Shown piece after piece: positions 52,924-63,808 of a stretch of DNA of 64,000 nt. Origin of the DNA: Candidatus Berkelbacteria bacterium. GTDB lineage: Bacteria > Patescibacteriota > UBA1384 > XYA2-FULL-43-10 > CAINNR01. The notes below the pieces were generated by a model. The model was given only the letters and a program-made list of their open reading frames with translations. It made no database searches and had not been told where the DNA came from. The stretch is taken from assembly GCA_037142675.1 (NCBI GenBank), contig JBAXAF010000002.1:13300-77299 (forward strand), written 5' to 3'. A program made the translations under genes and the position numbers. Numbering within the stretch: the first letter of the stretch is position 1; each line of letters opens with the position of its first letter.

Positions 52924-54471
52924 ATGGGGAAAAAGTCAATTATGAAAAAGCTTGCCCTGAGCGATCCAACCATTGGCGGCGAGTCGAATTGGTCAATTCC
53001 AAATTATCGACTGCTAACGATTTTTTTGGCAACATTTCTTGCTGGCGTTTTTACTGCCAGTTTTTTTAATCTCGATTTTTTTAAAATATATTTAGTAGCA
53101 GTTATATTCGTCCTGATAATTTTCGCAATAAATATACTGATTAACGAATTCATTATTAAAATGATGGCCGCAGCAGCGATAGTTTTTCTCGCTGGTTTTT
53201 TGCTTTTCTCTTTCACTAATACCAAGATGAATAATTTACAGCTTCCGTTCGGACAAACGAAGGAGTTTTCTGGAATAGTAGCCAGTTACCCAACAGTTTC
53301 CGGGAACTCACAAACCTTCTTTTTGCAAACCTCTGATTTTGGCCAACCAGCGAAAATCTATATTTCCACTTCAGCGTTTCCAGCTTTTGCGTACGGCGAC
53401 AAATTAAAAATTAAGTCGGCTGTTACTAAGCCGACAAATATTTCCAATTTTGATTGGGTGAGTTATTTAAAGCGCTATGGGACGGCGGCAACAACAACGC
53501 CGAATCCGCAAATCATTATAGTTTCAACTGATAGTGGAAACAAGTTTCTAAAAAAACTCTATTCCGTGAGAAAAAAATTTGAAATTGCAGTCCAGCGGAC
53601 TTTGCCTGAGCCTGAAAGTTCGCTGGGGATCGGTATTTTAATTGGTTCGAAACAAGGTTTTGGCAAGGACTTAATTAATGATTTTGCTAAAGTTGGAATT
53701 ACTCACATTATCGCTCTGTCGGGTTACAATGTAACAATAATTATTATTTTCTTGACTGATATTCTGCTCGGAGTAATAAGCCGAAAAAAGATTTTTGTTT
53801 TATCAATAATATTAATCATGGGATTTGTCGCCATGACCGGAGCAGCATCATCCGTAATTCGAGCAGCGATAATTACATTGCTGATTGCCTTCGGTAAAAC
53901 AATCGGCCGACGCGCCGATATGGCCAACCTAATTTTGCTCTCAGCAGCCACAATGGTAGCAATTAATCCATTTGTATTGCGCTTTGACACTGGATTTCAA
54001 CTTTCATTCTTGGCTTTTACCGGCCTGGTTTATTTCTCACCAATTGTAAAAAAATTATTTTCCAAAAAGTTTTTTAAAGTCTGGCCAGAGTTTATTAAAT
54101 CGGCTGTGACTGAAACATTATCAGCGCAGATTTTTGTTCTGCCATTAATACTCTCAACTTTCGGTTTAATCTCAATTATTGCGCCAGTTACAAATGTTTT
54201 AATTCTGCCGACGGTTCCAGCAATAATGTTGTTTGTTTTCCTGTCGACAATAATTTATTGGATTGTGCCGGTAATTGGAAAACTAGCATTTCTAATTTGC
54301 TATTTACCACTAAAATATATTATTTTAGTCAGCGAATACTTTGCCAGGCTGCCAGTTGCAGCAATTCAAATTTCTGATTATTGGCAAACTGGTATTATAA
54401 TAATATATATTTTATTATTGGCATTTATTATTTTCAAAAACAAAAAAATTTATGATCCGCAAACTAACTGA
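52924..54471 (+). CDS. comEC: ComEC membrane (competence) domain protein
   Basis: GITHIIALSGYNV, SVIRA, GFQLSF. Confidence 0.92.
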   Translation: MGKKSIMKKLALSDPTIGGESNWSIPNYRLLTIFLATFLAGVFTASFFNLDFFKIYLVAVIFVLIIFAINILINEFIIKMMAAAAIVFLAGFLLFSFTNTKMNNLQLPFGQTKEFSGIVASYPTVSGNSQTFFLQTSDFGQPAKIYISTSAFPAFAYGDKLKIKSAVTKPTNISNFDWVSYLKRYGTAATTTPNPQIIIVSTDSGNKFLKKLYSVRKKFEIAVQRTLPEPESSLGIGILIGSKQGFGKDLINDFAKVGITHIIALSGYNVTIIIIFLTDILLGVISRKKIFVLSIILIMGFVAMTGAASSVIRAAIITLLIAFGKTIGRRADMANLILLSAATMVAINPFVLRFDTGFQLSFLAFTGLVYFSPIVKKLFSKKFFKVWPEFIKSAVTETLSAQIFVLPLILSTFGLISIIAPVTNVLILPTVPAIMLFVFLSTIIYWIVPVIGKLAFLICYLPLKYIILVSEYFARLPVAAIQISDYWQTGIIIIYILLLAFIIFKNKKIYDPQTN

Positions 54472-55318
54472 AAATTGGCGAATATACATTTTGATATTTC
54501 TCGCACTACTAGCCGTAGCAATTTGGACAGTATATTTTGAAGAACCAGATAATAATGTTCATATTTATGTCTTAAACGTCGGCCAAGGAGACGCGGAGTT
54601 AATCCAAAAAGGAAATTATCAAATACTAATTGACGGTGGACCTGACAATTCTATAATTGCACAGTTGGGCAAAGTTATGCCCGTTGAGGACCGTGAGATC
54701 GAGGAGATGATTTTGACCCATCCGCATGCCGACCATGTTGCCGGGTTGGTGGAGGTTTTGAATCGCTACAAAGTCGATAAAGTAATTTACAATGGTGTTG
54801 ATTATTCATCAAATGCCTACAAGGAATTTCAAACGAAAATAAAAGAAAAAAATATCCCAGTTTCAACGCCAGAAATCGGTAACACAGAAAAAGTTTTTGA
54901 CCAAGGGGTTATTAACTACCTCTGGCCAGGCAATAATTCTGATACTTATAAAGACAATCTGAATAATACGTCTGTGATTTTTCGATTTGATTATGGAAAT
55001 TTTTCCGGACTTTTTACTGGCGATGCTGAAATGCCCACATGGCAACAGATAATTACCAATGATAAAGATTTGATATCCAATGTTGTATTTTTGAAAGTTG
55101 CTCATCACGGCTCGAACACTGGTTCAGCCGACGCTAATATTTCTGTCATAAAACCAAAAATAGCCATTATTTCTTGCAGCGTCAACAATAAATACGGCTT
55201 TCCACACAAGGAAACCCTTGATTCATTACAAAAGATCGGTGCTGATATTTATCGCACCGATCTTCTTGGAGCTATTGATATTTCAACTGACGGCAAAGTC
55301 TGGAAGGTAAATAATTAA
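54452..55318 (+). CDS. ComEC/Rec2 metallo-beta-lactamase domain protein (split ComEC)
   Basis: VGQGDA, LTHPHADH, FTGD, KVAHHGS, YRTD. Confidence 0.92.
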   Translation: MIRKLTENWRIYILIFLALLAVAIWTVYFEEPDNNVHIYVLNVGQGDAELIQKGNYQILIDGGPDNSIIAQLGKVMPVEDREIEEMILTHPHADHVAGLVEVLNRYKVDKVIYNGVDYSSNAYKEFQTKIKEKNIPVSTPEIGNTEKVFDQGVINYLWPGNNSDTYKDNLNNTSVIFRFDYGNFSGLFTGDAEMPTWQQIITNDKDLISNVVFLKVAHHGSNTGSADANISVIKPKIAIISCSVNNKYGFPHKETLDSLQKIGADIYRTDLLGAIDISTDGKVWKVNN

Positions 55319-56352
55319 ACTTTTAGTATTCTGACAATTAGACTGTCTTTGTGTAGGCCTGCCAACCAGTCTGTAAAGCTTTGGTCAGCTTGACCTTTTT
55401 TCTCTGTGACTTTAATAATGTGCCAGCCAAACTGAGTTTTAAATGATTCTGAAACTTGTCCTACGGCCGTAGTGAAAGCAACCTTTTCAAATTCGGGGTC
55501 CATTTGGCCGTGAGAGAAGAAACCTAAATCGCCGCCATTTGTAGCCGAACCAGTATCCTCGCTAAATTGCTTAGCCTCTGCCGCAAAGTCCGCTCCACCC
55601 TTAATATCTGCGGCTGCCTTATCAATTTTAACCTTTGCTGCTGCTACGGCCGCCGCATCAGCATTTTGGTCAACACGAATTAATATGTGCCCTGCGTGGA
55701 CCTGAACCGGCACTGCATCTTGTAGTTTTTGCTGCAAAATTTGGTCTGCTATTAGTTGTTTAAAATCAGAAACATTTAAACCATACAGATCATTTAGAAC
55801 TTTTTTGACTTCATCCTCACCACCGTTTTGGGCCACAACATCACTGTAGGCGTTGGTAACATCGGATTCAGAGACTGTCACGCCATATTTCTTCGCCTGA
55901 CTTTTCATGACTTCGTTGTCAACTAATTGATCCATAATCTGCGATCTGACCTCGGCATAATCTACACCAGTCTGCTGAGTTGATGAGTAAAACTTTGATA
56001 TATACTGATAATTGCGAAAGTACGCATCTATTGTGACAATTCTTCCTTGCACTATTGCCGCTGGATAAGGAATAATTTTTGATGTTAACCTGGTAACCGA
56101 ATCGTTAATCTTATATTTGTAAATTCCAACTCCAATGGCGGCGCCAAAGGCAAAAATTAATAACGAAAGAATAAATATTGCCTTGAAAACACGATTGGCC
56201 CAAATGCCAACCAAGGGATGAAGCTCTAACGCTTCGCCATTTCTAATTTTCTTAAATAGATCAGATACTAGCAAACAAAAGCGCCAGATAATTAAGGCGA
56301 TTTTCTTGATAAACTGCCAGATACCAACAAACATTTTTTTAATTTTTTTCAT
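55315..56352 (-). CDS. SurA/PrsA-like parvulin peptidyl-prolyl isomerase
   Basis: HILI, SED.GSA.NGGDLGFF, FGWHII. Confidence 0.92.
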   Translation of the reverse strand: MKKIKKMFVGIWQFIKKIALIIWRFCLLVSDLFKKIRNGEALELHPLVGIWANRVFKAIFILSLLIFAFGAAIGVGIYKYKINDSVTRLTSKIIPYPAAIVQGRIVTIDAYFRNYQYISKFYSSTQQTGVDYAEVRSQIMDQLVDNEVMKSQAKKYGVTVSESDVTNAYSDVVAQNGGEDEVKKVLNDLYGLNVSDFKQLIADQILQQKLQDAVPVQVHAGHILIRVDQNADAAAVAAAKVKIDKAAADIKGGADFAAEAKQFSEDTGSATNGGDLGFFSHGQMDPEFEKVAFTTAVGQVSESFKTQFGWHIIKVTEKKGQADQSFTDWLAGLHKDSLIVRILKV

Positions 56353-56421
56353 ATTATTTTTCCTCTATTAAATTCTAGCTAAAATCCTACCTAAATGCAA
56401 CATGTTCGCAAAGGCCCAGTA

Positions 56422-56991
56422 TTATCGACCCCACGAAACTGTCAGTACCAGCAATAACAAAACAAATACTGCGGTGTAGATGTACCCTAGAAAGCTTCTG
56501 CCAATTTGATTTTTTTCAGAAATGTTTGCCAAGTAACCCGTAAAAACGTAAGTGAAAATACCTATAATCAAGCTTTTTGTTAATGGGTTAATTAGCCAAA
56601 AACTCAAAATTAGATACAGCTCCAATATCGACAATAGGAAAAATGTCAGCACCAGCGAAAAGTTTTCATTTATAATAATTAACTTGCGAGCCAAAAACCA
56701 AAAAACTGTGCCTGCTACAATTGCCAGCCCGATTAGTACAACCCACAGAGGCAAACCAAACGCAGACCCAAGACCATAAAAAAAATAAGCAAGAGAAAAA
56801 ATTATGTCGATTAAAACAAAGTACTCGGCTCGTTTAGTGATGACTAAAAAAACCACAAACAGGGAAACCAGCAAAAAGCTCCACTCAAAAATCACCAGAG
56901 TAGGAAAAACAAAAAATGAGGCAGCGCCCCATAAAACTAAAAAAATTAGAATTAATTTTTCGACTAAGTTTTCAACCTTTGATATTTGCAT
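56422..56991 (-). CDS. Polytopic membrane protein
   Basis: 189 aa, highly hydrophobic; overlaps the LCP gene end. Confidence 0.75.
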   Translation of the reverse strand: MQISKVENLVEKLILIFLVLWGAASFFVFPTLVIFEWSFLLVSLFVVFLVITKRAEYFVLIDIIFSLAYFFYGLGSAFGLPLWVVLIGLAIVAGTVFWFLARKLIIINENFSLVLTFFLLSILELYLILSFWLINPLTKSLIIGIFTYVFTGYLANISEKNQIGRSFLGYIYTAVFVLLLLVLTVSWGR

Positions 56992-58315
56992 AGGCTTCTT
57001 TGTTATCTTGGCCTATTATAATTTCTAGGTCAATAGTCCCATTTGGTGCTGTAGTTTTGGTAATAACTTTAGCGGTCAGTCTGCTAGCTAAAAATTGTAA
57101 AGTGTATTTCTTGGCACCCTTGGAATAGTCATCAATTTCAGATGTTTTCTGGATCGTTTTTGTGGTCTGAACATCAACAATATTATAGCCATAACTTTTA
57201 AGTAGCGTTGACCAGCCGGTTGCGGCGGAAGTTGAACCGGAAGCATTGATAATTCTAATATTCGCCGCTTCCTTTTTTAGATACGGATCAGAAAATATTT
57301 CATGAGCAATCTTTTGAACATCTTTCCAGTTGCCAGTTTTTGTCTTAAGATAAAATGTTCCCGATGTTGAGTCTGAAACTAGTGGACCACTCGCCCCATT
57401 GTCCAAAACTTTGGTAACAATTTGTGACTTATCAATCTTTTTAACTATCGTCACCAGCGATTTTATTTCATCTGTGACCAAGTCTGTCTTGACACTGGCC
57501 CCAAGAGCGCTAATAAGTGATAGAATTTTTTCTGGGTTAGACAAAGTACTTGAGGACATAACTTTATCCTTAAAGGCCGCCATTACTAGCTGCTGCCTGG
57601 CCGATCTATCAAAATCCGACGTTGTCTCCCTGGACCTGGCATATTTTAACGCTGTTGTCCCATCCATGTGTTGCTGACCGGCAGCAATTTTAAACGGCTG
57701 ATAGTGAACCATGTCATCGGCTGGAAACATTGGGTCATTAAGTGCTTTTGGCACGTTCACGTCTACACCACCAATAGCATCAATAGCCTTTTTGAAACCA
57801 GAAAAATCGATTTTGATATAGTAGTGGATTGGCAAATCAAGAATTGTCCCGACTTGCTGTTTAGCCAAACTTCCTCCGCCTTCTTTGCCTTGTTTGTTAC
57901 CGAAGTCATACACTGCATTGATTTTTCCTGCGTAGCTCGGGGTCTTCATGGTGACATACAAATCGCGGGGGATTGAAAGCATTGCCATTGTATTGTTAAC
58001 CGGATCGATCGATAGAACTTCGATCGAGTCAGTCAAATTACCACCAGGATGGCTTGACCCGCCAGCACCAAGCAACAAAATATTAATTCGGCCATCACCT
58101 TCACCTTTTAGCTGAACGTCTTTGCTGCCAGAGAGCATTTGTAAAAACGGTGATGAGCCAGAATAGTTTTTAGTAAACATACCGCGCCAACGTGCATAGG
58201 TTACTCCGCCACCAATAAGCAGAATGGCCAGAATAACAGAAATAATAATCCAGAGCTTTTTCTTGGATTTTGGTTTTTGTTTTTGGCCTGGGTTTTCTAG
58301 AAGAATTTTTGACAT
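56972..58315 (-). CDS. LCP (LytR-CpsA-Psr) family protein with LytR C-terminal domain
   Basis: INILLLG, TDS, SIPRDL, KINA, DFDRSARQQ. Confidence 0.93.
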   Translation of the reverse strand: MSKILLENPGQKQKPKSKKKLWIIISVILAILLIGGGVTYARWRGMFTKNYSGSSPFLQMLSGSKDVQLKGEGDGRINILLLGAGGSSHPGGNLTDSIEVLSIDPVNNTMAMLSIPRDLYVTMKTPSYAGKINAVYDFGNKQGKEGGGSLAKQQVGTILDLPIHYYIKIDFSGFKKAIDAIGGVDVNVPKALNDPMFPADDMVHYQPFKIAAGQQHMDGTTALKYARSRETTSDFDRSARQQLVMAAFKDKVMSSSTLSNPEKILSLISALGASVKTDLVTDEIKSLVTIVKKIDKSQIVTKVLDNGASGPLVSDSTSGTFYLKTKTGNWKDVQKIAHEIFSDPYLKKEAANIRIINASGSTSAATGWSTLLKSYGYNIVDVQTTKTIQKTSEIDDYSKGAKKYTLQFLASRLTAKVITKTTAPNGTIDLEIIIGQDNKEAYANIKG

Positions 58316-58383
58316 GAAAAAAATTAGAAGTTTCTTGTATAATTATCTTACCAAACAATGAAATAATCTGTCTAGGTCTAAAT

Positions 58384-58779
58384 TTATTTCTTGATTTTTG
58401 GCTTAGTAATATGAGGCTGGTTTAAATAAATCGGCAAAACAAAGTCTCTTCGATCGCTGACAACTTTTCCATTGGTATCAGCTTCGTAAATTGGAACTTT
58501 TAGCGACCAAGCAAGAAAATTTGCCGTCGTAATCCCAATTCGCAGTCCTGTGTATGACCCGGGTCCGGGGAAAATAGCGACTGAATCGATTTGAAAATTA
58601 TTACCTTTAATAAGTTGGTCAATTTCGAGCAATAGCTTATCAGACAATTCCGAGCGACTTTCAATTATTTTTTCGCAAACCATTTTTCTATCTAAAAATA
58701 GTGCGATTCTCGTTTGATCGGTCGCACAATTAATAAACAACAAATTACCAGCTAATTTTTCTACTGTTTTCATTAACAT
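58384..58779 (-). CDS. tsaB: tRNA t6A biosynthesis protein TsaB (short form)
   Basis: GPGSYTGLRIG. Confidence 0.88.
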   Translation of the reverse strand: MLMKTVEKLAGNLLFINCATDQTRIALFLDRKMVCEKIIESRSELSDKLLLEIDQLIKGNNFQIDSVAIFPGPGSYTGLRIGITTANFLAWSLKVPIYEADTNGKVVSDRRDFVLPIYLNQPHITKPKIKK

Positions 58780-59176
58780 AGCTAAAATTAATTATAGTCA
58801 TATTTTCTGGGAATTCGCTGAAAACCTGCTCCGGCCACTCAACAACAACAATATTTTTCCCATCAGCCAAAAACTCTTCAAAACCAATCGCTTCCAAGTC
58901 CTGTTTCGAAGACAGGCGATAAGCGTCGATATGAACCAATTGGCAATCATCACCGGAATAGATTTTCTGAACGACGAAGGTCGGGCTGGTAATATTTCTC
59001 TCAACACCTAAGAAACTTGCCAAACCTTTGACGAAAGCGGTTTTGCCACTGCCAAGATCACCAACAAGGCCTATTAAAAAAGCACTCGGAGACTGCTCGC
59101 CGCCAGGCAGGTTTTCACTAAGAAATTTTTTGGCTAAATTCTCAGTTTCTTCAGGAGAATTGGTAATGTGATCCAT
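58745..59176 (-). CDS. tsaE: tRNA t6A biosynthesis ATPase TsaE
   Basis: GDLGSGKT, SPTF, HIDAYRL, VEW. Confidence 0.95.
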   Translation of the reverse strand: MDHITNSPEETENLAKKFLSENLPGGEQSPSAFLIGLVGDLGSGKTAFVKGLASFLGVERNITSPTFVVQKIYSGDDCQLVHIDAYRLSSKQDLEAIGFEEFLADGKNIVVVEWPEQVFSEFPENMTIINFSYVNENSRKISW

Positions 59177-60759
59177 GAGAATATTATTGCAGTTATAATA
59201 ATATATACGACACTCGAGCCAGAATTTGGCAACCCGGATGACGAGATAATTTTAACATCACTTTGAACAATTGGCAATATGCGATAGTTGTCGCCATATT
59301 GGGACAATATTCCAGCAATTTGCACTCGATCGCCAACAGACATCCGCGGCTTATTAATTCCCGTGCCGGTTCGAATTGAAACCTCAATTTCTCCCCACCG
59401 GGGGTCACCTCCGGAGACACTCCCATGAATGTAAAACGTGCTGCCGGAAGTTTTTGTTACGGTTCCCACGACTGAAATATACTGACCTTCAAAATTCTCA
59501 GCGATTTGGGAAATGGTAGTTTTCACCGATGCCGGCGGTGGATGGGTCGATAAAATCCAGATATCAGAAAGCTCGGAAGTTTTCAGCCGCCGCTCACCAT
59601 TGATTGATCCTAGTTCGCCTGTCACTTGGATTTGATCTCCGACACTTAAAGCTGGAAATAATTTGTCATAACTATAAATTTGAACGCCGGAGATTCCGTC
59701 CTGAATATAAAAATACTGCGATGATAATTTCCCTGGCACAACACTGACAGTACCAGTGACTTGCAATGCAGTGCCGTCCGGTTGGTTTCTGGCGCCGGCA
59801 ATATCGGTTTGTAAAATCGGCGCGTCTTGATCTGGTACATTAACTTCAACAGTTAAAATATTCTCCGCTGCCGGTGTTAAAGTTGTCGTCCACTGCCAAC
59901 TATCGGTGAATTTAGAATAACTTTGACCGCGATTGGTTTTTCCGTAAGTAACGGCAGATTTTATGTCTCCACTTGGATCAATTAAATTTGTCGTATCTCC
60001 GGTGTCTGTTAGACCAATTTTTATTTCCGGATTTTTAAAAACCCGATATTCTTTGGCTTTGACAATTGTGCTAATTTCGAATGTCCCGGCATCTAGTTGC
60101 CAATTTATCAGATCGATATCGATGTCGGAAGAATTATAAAGTTCAATATATTCATCCGCCGAACCGGTTGCCGGCTGCGGCAAAAGTTCGTTGATATAAA
60201 TTTTGTCAGAATAAATTACTGTTGTTGGCAATATATTTTCGCTGCCTCTTGTTATTGGAACTATCTGAAAATCATTCGCGTCATTAATAGTATCAATCCC
60301 ATTTGGAATTCGAGAGATTGATTGCCCCTGATTTGGTACTGCCGCATTATTTGCCAGTGGCCCAAATGTAACTCGATCAATTTCAATAGTGTTATTTCTC
60401 AAAACCAGTGTTGCCCCACTGTTTGCCAGCCAATTAATACCAAGATTACAAATATAATATTCGTCATTCCTCGGGCACATTGCCATCGATAATGGTTTTT
60501 TATATTCCGTTCCACTGCCGGTAATTTTTACCAGTGAATAATCAGCCAAATTGAAATCTGAATTACTTGGATCATAAAGTTCCACCCATTCTATATCTGT
60601 CCCACCAGAAATTTGATTTGGATAAATTTCATTAATCACAATGTAATCACCGGCGGCTTTGGCTTTCGGTGATAAAACAAAAATGACGCCGATAAAAAAT
60701 AGCGCCATTATTGCGTAAAAAAATAATCCAAATGCAATTTTCCCCCACCCCTGTTGCAT
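59134..60759 (-). CDS. Surface protein with two lamin-tail domains and OB folds
   Basis: INEI.P..EWVELY and INEL.P..EYIELY; YIQD..SG; LPNSG + C-terminal TM. Confidence 0.8.
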   Translation of the reverse strand: MQQGWGKIAFGLFFYAIMALFFIGVIFVLSPKAKAAGDYIVINEIYPNQISGGTDIEWVELYDPSNSDFNLADYSLVKITGSGTEYKKPLSMAMCPRNDEYYICNLGINWLANSGATLVLRNNTIEIDRVTFGPLANNAAVPNQGQSISRIPNGIDTINDANDFQIVPITRGSENILPTTVIYSDKIYINELLPQPATGSADEYIELYNSSDIDIDLINWQLDAGTFEISTIVKAKEYRVFKNPEIKIGLTDTGDTTNLIDPSGDIKSAVTYGKTNRGQSYSKFTDSWQWTTTLTPAAENILTVEVNVPDQDAPILQTDIAGARNQPDGTALQVTGTVSVVPGKLSSQYFYIQDGISGVQIYSYDKLFPALSVGDQIQVTGELGSINGERRLKTSELSDIWILSTHPPPASVKTTISQIAENFEGQYISVVGTVTKTSGSTFYIHGSVSGGDPRWGEIEVSIRTGTGINKPRMSVGDRVQIAGILSQYGDNYRILPIVQSDVKIISSSGLPNSGSSVVYIIITAIIFSWITLPILLKKLRI

Positions 60760-60944
60760 AAAATTATTATAACACAAATTAAAAAACACTGCGAGGAAGC
60801 TAAGTGGTCCCGAGGCCTTCGGGAACTTTAAGCTCCATGCACAGTGCAATTTTCCCCCAACGGCAAGAAAACAAAAAACCTTCGAGTAATTGCCCAAAAG
60901 TTTTGTATTACCAGTATAATTTATTCAAGATATTGTGTCAATTA

Positions 60945-61994
60945 CTATATTATTAACATCGCATCGCCAAAAGAGTAAAATCGATATTGATTTTTTATTG
61001 CATAATTATAAAGCTCTAAAAGTTTCTCCCGCCCATCAAAATTTGTTTTCGATTGAATAAAAGCCGCCACCAACATCATTAAACTTGATTTTGGCAGATG
61101 AAAATTAGTGATAAGACCATCAATGATTTTGAATTTGTCACCAGGCTGGATAAAAATATCGGTTGATTCGGAAATATCATTTCCTCCTGATAGTATTTTT
61201 TCCGATACTGATTCCAAAGCCCGAGCTGTGGTTGTGCCAACAGCAATAATTCGACCACCAGATTTTTTCGTTGATAGAATATTCTCAATCGTTGTACTTG
61301 GAATAAAAAAATTCTCCGAGTGCAATTTTTTCTGCTTAACATTCTCGTCGTCAATCGGAGCAAAAGTTCCCAAGCCAACATGTAAGTCAACCGAAGCGAA
61401 ATTAACGCTAGCAACTTTTAAATCAGAAATTAATTTTTCAGTGAAATGCAAACCTGCGGTCGGAGCGGCAGCTGAACCGTAATTCTTAGCATAAACTGTC
61501 TGGTATTCTTTCTTCAATTTCGTTTCAGAAAGTGGTGAATTTTTAATATAAGGAGGAATCGGCATTTGGCCAATTTTTTCTACTATCTGCCAAAATTTCT
61601 CGTCTGGATAATTAAACGCAACCAAACACTCCTTGCCGCTTTTCTCCAAAATTTCTGCCTTCAAATTATCAGAAAAATAAATTTTATCTCCAACTAAAAC
61701 TTTACCGCCTACTAAAACTTGCCAATTCTGACCAGATTTTTCTAGCAACAAAATCTCAATATTCCCACCTGTAATTTTCCGACCAAAAAATCTTGCAGGC
61801 ATAACCTTGGAATTGTTAGTGACAACTAAATCGCCGGGTTTTAGAAAATCACTGAGATCAGAAAAAGATTTATGACATATATTATTTTTTTCGGTTTCAA
61901 AAACTAAAAGCCGCGAAGCATCTCGCGGATTCGCAGGCGTTTTAGCAATCAGAATTTCTGGTAGAAGATAATTATACTTCTCTATCCGTGTCAT
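60945..61994 (-). CDS. queA: S-adenosylmethionine:tRNA ribosyltransferase-isomerase
   Basis: IPPYI, YQTVYA, AAPTAGLHFT, HVGLGTF, YSFGDAM. Confidence 0.97.
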   Translation of the reverse strand: MTRIEKYNYLLPEILIAKTPANPRDASRLLVFETEKNNICHKSFSDLSDFLKPGDLVVTNNSKVMPARFFGRKITGGNIEILLLEKSGQNWQVLVGGKVLVGDKIYFSDNLKAEILEKSGKECLVAFNYPDEKFWQIVEKIGQMPIPPYIKNSPLSETKLKKEYQTVYAKNYGSAAAPTAGLHFTEKLISDLKVASVNFASVDLHVGLGTFAPIDDENVKQKKLHSENFFIPSTTIENILSTKKSGGRIIAVGTTTARALESVSEKILSGGNDISESTDIFIQPGDKFKIIDGLITNFHLPKSSLMMLVAAFIQSKTNFDGREKLLELYNYAIKNQYRFYSFGDAMLII

Positions 61995-62895
61995 TAAACG
62001 ACACCTCCTGCCCCTCTGATAACTCTTTTAATTCTTTCTCAAACTTTTCCGGCTTGTCTACATTGTCTGCCCCAAACCCATATTCTTCAATTGGCTGTTG
62101 ATTTTTAAACTCTTCATCCGAAGGGGATAGACTGTCATCAGGTGCTATTTTCTTGTCAGCTGATGAGCTATAAGATTCTTCCAAATATTTTATTCCGCCC
62201 TCAGACTCATCATCTGACATTAATTGACTTTTAGGACCATCTACCTTGACAGCAGGCTCATCCACTGCTGGCTCTTGTTGATCATTCTTCCCTTCCTCGG
62301 GATGGAAGTAGTCCTCGGGTCGGTAATCATCCGCAGCGCCTTGGTTTCGATGGACCTTTGGCTCATACTCAGCCTCAATTGATGCTTCGTGCAATTCTAT
62401 AATTTGTTTGGCCAAAGTGTACGGGTGCGGGACATCTTCAAAAATGAAGTTCTCTCGCTCACCAGCAGTTTGAATGTGTATGCTGCCAAAATGAATAAGG
62501 GTTTGGAGAAAACCTTCAACCTCGGCTTCAACATCCTGAATTTGATGCAAATGAAGTTCGGCAATTTCGCGGCTAAAAAAGCCTTTTTGCTTGATATCAA
62601 CAATTCTTTTGTTGGTAACAATGTAAACGTCAAGATAGTAATTAACAAAGCCATATAGCAATAAACCAAGAGCAGTTAATGTATAACTTCCGCCAATAAT
62701 AATGGCAAAGTTTCCAATGGGGCCAGAAAAAACATCCGGGTTGCTCGCCCAATAGGCTACAAGCACTAGCACCGGAACTAATAAGACTGCAACGAAGAAA
62801 ATTATCGTTGCAAATACTATCCAGTGGCGCCTAATAAGCAAAAAAACTCGCTCGCCGCTGACTTGTGATGGGAAAAATTTACCTGAAATCGGCAT
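61972..62895 (-). CDS. Membrane protein with bacterial PH domain and acidic tail
   Basis: RRHW, VTNKRIVDI.Q.GFF, FG.I.IQTAG. Confidence 0.8.
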   Translation of the reverse strand: MPISGKFFPSQVSGERVFLLIRRHWIVFATIIFFVAVLLVPVLVLVAYWASNPDVFSGPIGNFAIIIGGSYTLTALGLLLYGFVNYYLDVYIVTNKRIVDIKQKGFFSREIAELHLHQIQDVEAEVEGFLQTLIHFGSIHIQTAGERENFIFEDVPHPYTLAKQIIELHEASIEAEYEPKVHRNQGAADDYRPEDYFHPEEGKNDQQEPAVDEPAVKVDGPKSQLMSDDESEGGIKYLEESYSSSADKKIAPDDSLSPSDEEFKNQQPIEEYGFGADNVDKPEKFEKELKELSEGQEVSFNDTDREV

Positions 62896-62903
62896 TTTAT
62901 CCT

Positions 62904-63110
62904 TTATGTTAATGTCGACGGCCAGGCCCTGAGGCTAATAGCTATTAGCGTAAAGACGATTACCGTAATAGTCGATACTACATATATTATTATGGCTGGC
63001 TTTGTGAAGTCACCAACATAGCCGAACCTCCAAAGGTGGTAAAGGCCGAAAGCGCTAAAAACAACAAAAACCGCCAAAAAAATAAAATAACAGATTAATA
63101 ATAGCATCAT
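62904..63110 (-). CDS. Small membrane protein
   Basis: Two TM helices with YHLWRFG. Confidence 0.7.
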   Translation of the reverse strand: MMLLLICYFIFLAVFVVFSAFGLYHLWRFGYVGDFTKPAIIIYVVSTITVIVFTLIAISLRAWPSTLT

Positions 63111-63114
63111 AATT

Positions 63115-63687
63115 TTACTCCAACATCCGTTCATTTATAGAAAAAGTGCAACCACAGTACGATGGTATCATAAATCTGTGCGAACGTGAATAATTTCTGC
63201 CTTGCCAATAACCTTTGCGAAAATCATCGTACACAAACTCAAGATCATTCTCTTTGGCGATTTGACTGGAAATATAATCGATAAATTCGTGGTCCTGATA
63301 AGGCGAAGCTAGAAGTGTAGTTGAAAAATATTTTATTCGCTTATTTTTAGCTTCCTGTGCAGTTCTCATCATTTTTAATTCATAGCAAAATTCACAACGT
63401 TTTCTTCGAAACCGATTTTTATCATTAATAAATTTTAACGATTTTGGATCTTGCCAAGGTTTGATTGGTTTAAAAAATTCATCCTCGTCGTACTCGGGAA
63501 CGATTAACTCCAAATTATTTTTTTGGCAGTAGTCAGTTACGTCTTTCAGGCGATTTAAATATTCAACCTTCCCATGGATCGAAGGATTGTAATAAAAAAT
63601 TGTTGGCGAGAAATCCCTCTCAACCAATTTATTATGAACATATGACAAACAAGAAACACAACAAGTATGCAATAAAATTTTCTTCAT
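63115..63687 (-). CDS. queH: Epoxyqueuosine reductase QueH
   Basis: LLHTCC, YNP.IH, RC..CY, FSTTL..SPYQ, YCGC.FS. Confidence 0.9.
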   Translation of the reverse strand: MKKILLHTCCVSCLSYVHNKLVERDFSPTIFYYNPSIHGKVEYLNRLKDVTDYCQKNNLELIVPEYDEDEFFKPIKPWQDPKSLKFINDKNRFRRKRCEFCYELKMMRTAQEAKNKRIKYFSTTLLASPYQDHEFIDYISSQIAKENDLEFVYDDFRKGYWQGRNYSRSHRFMIPSYCGCTFSINERMLE

Positions 63688-63808
63688 GATAAATTTTATT
63701 AAATTTCTAAATCCTAATTTCTAAACAAATTTTAAATCCCAAAAGTTTTGAATTTTGAAAATTTGATCATTAGATATTGTTTAGAGTTTAGAATTTAGAT
63801 GTTAGAGA

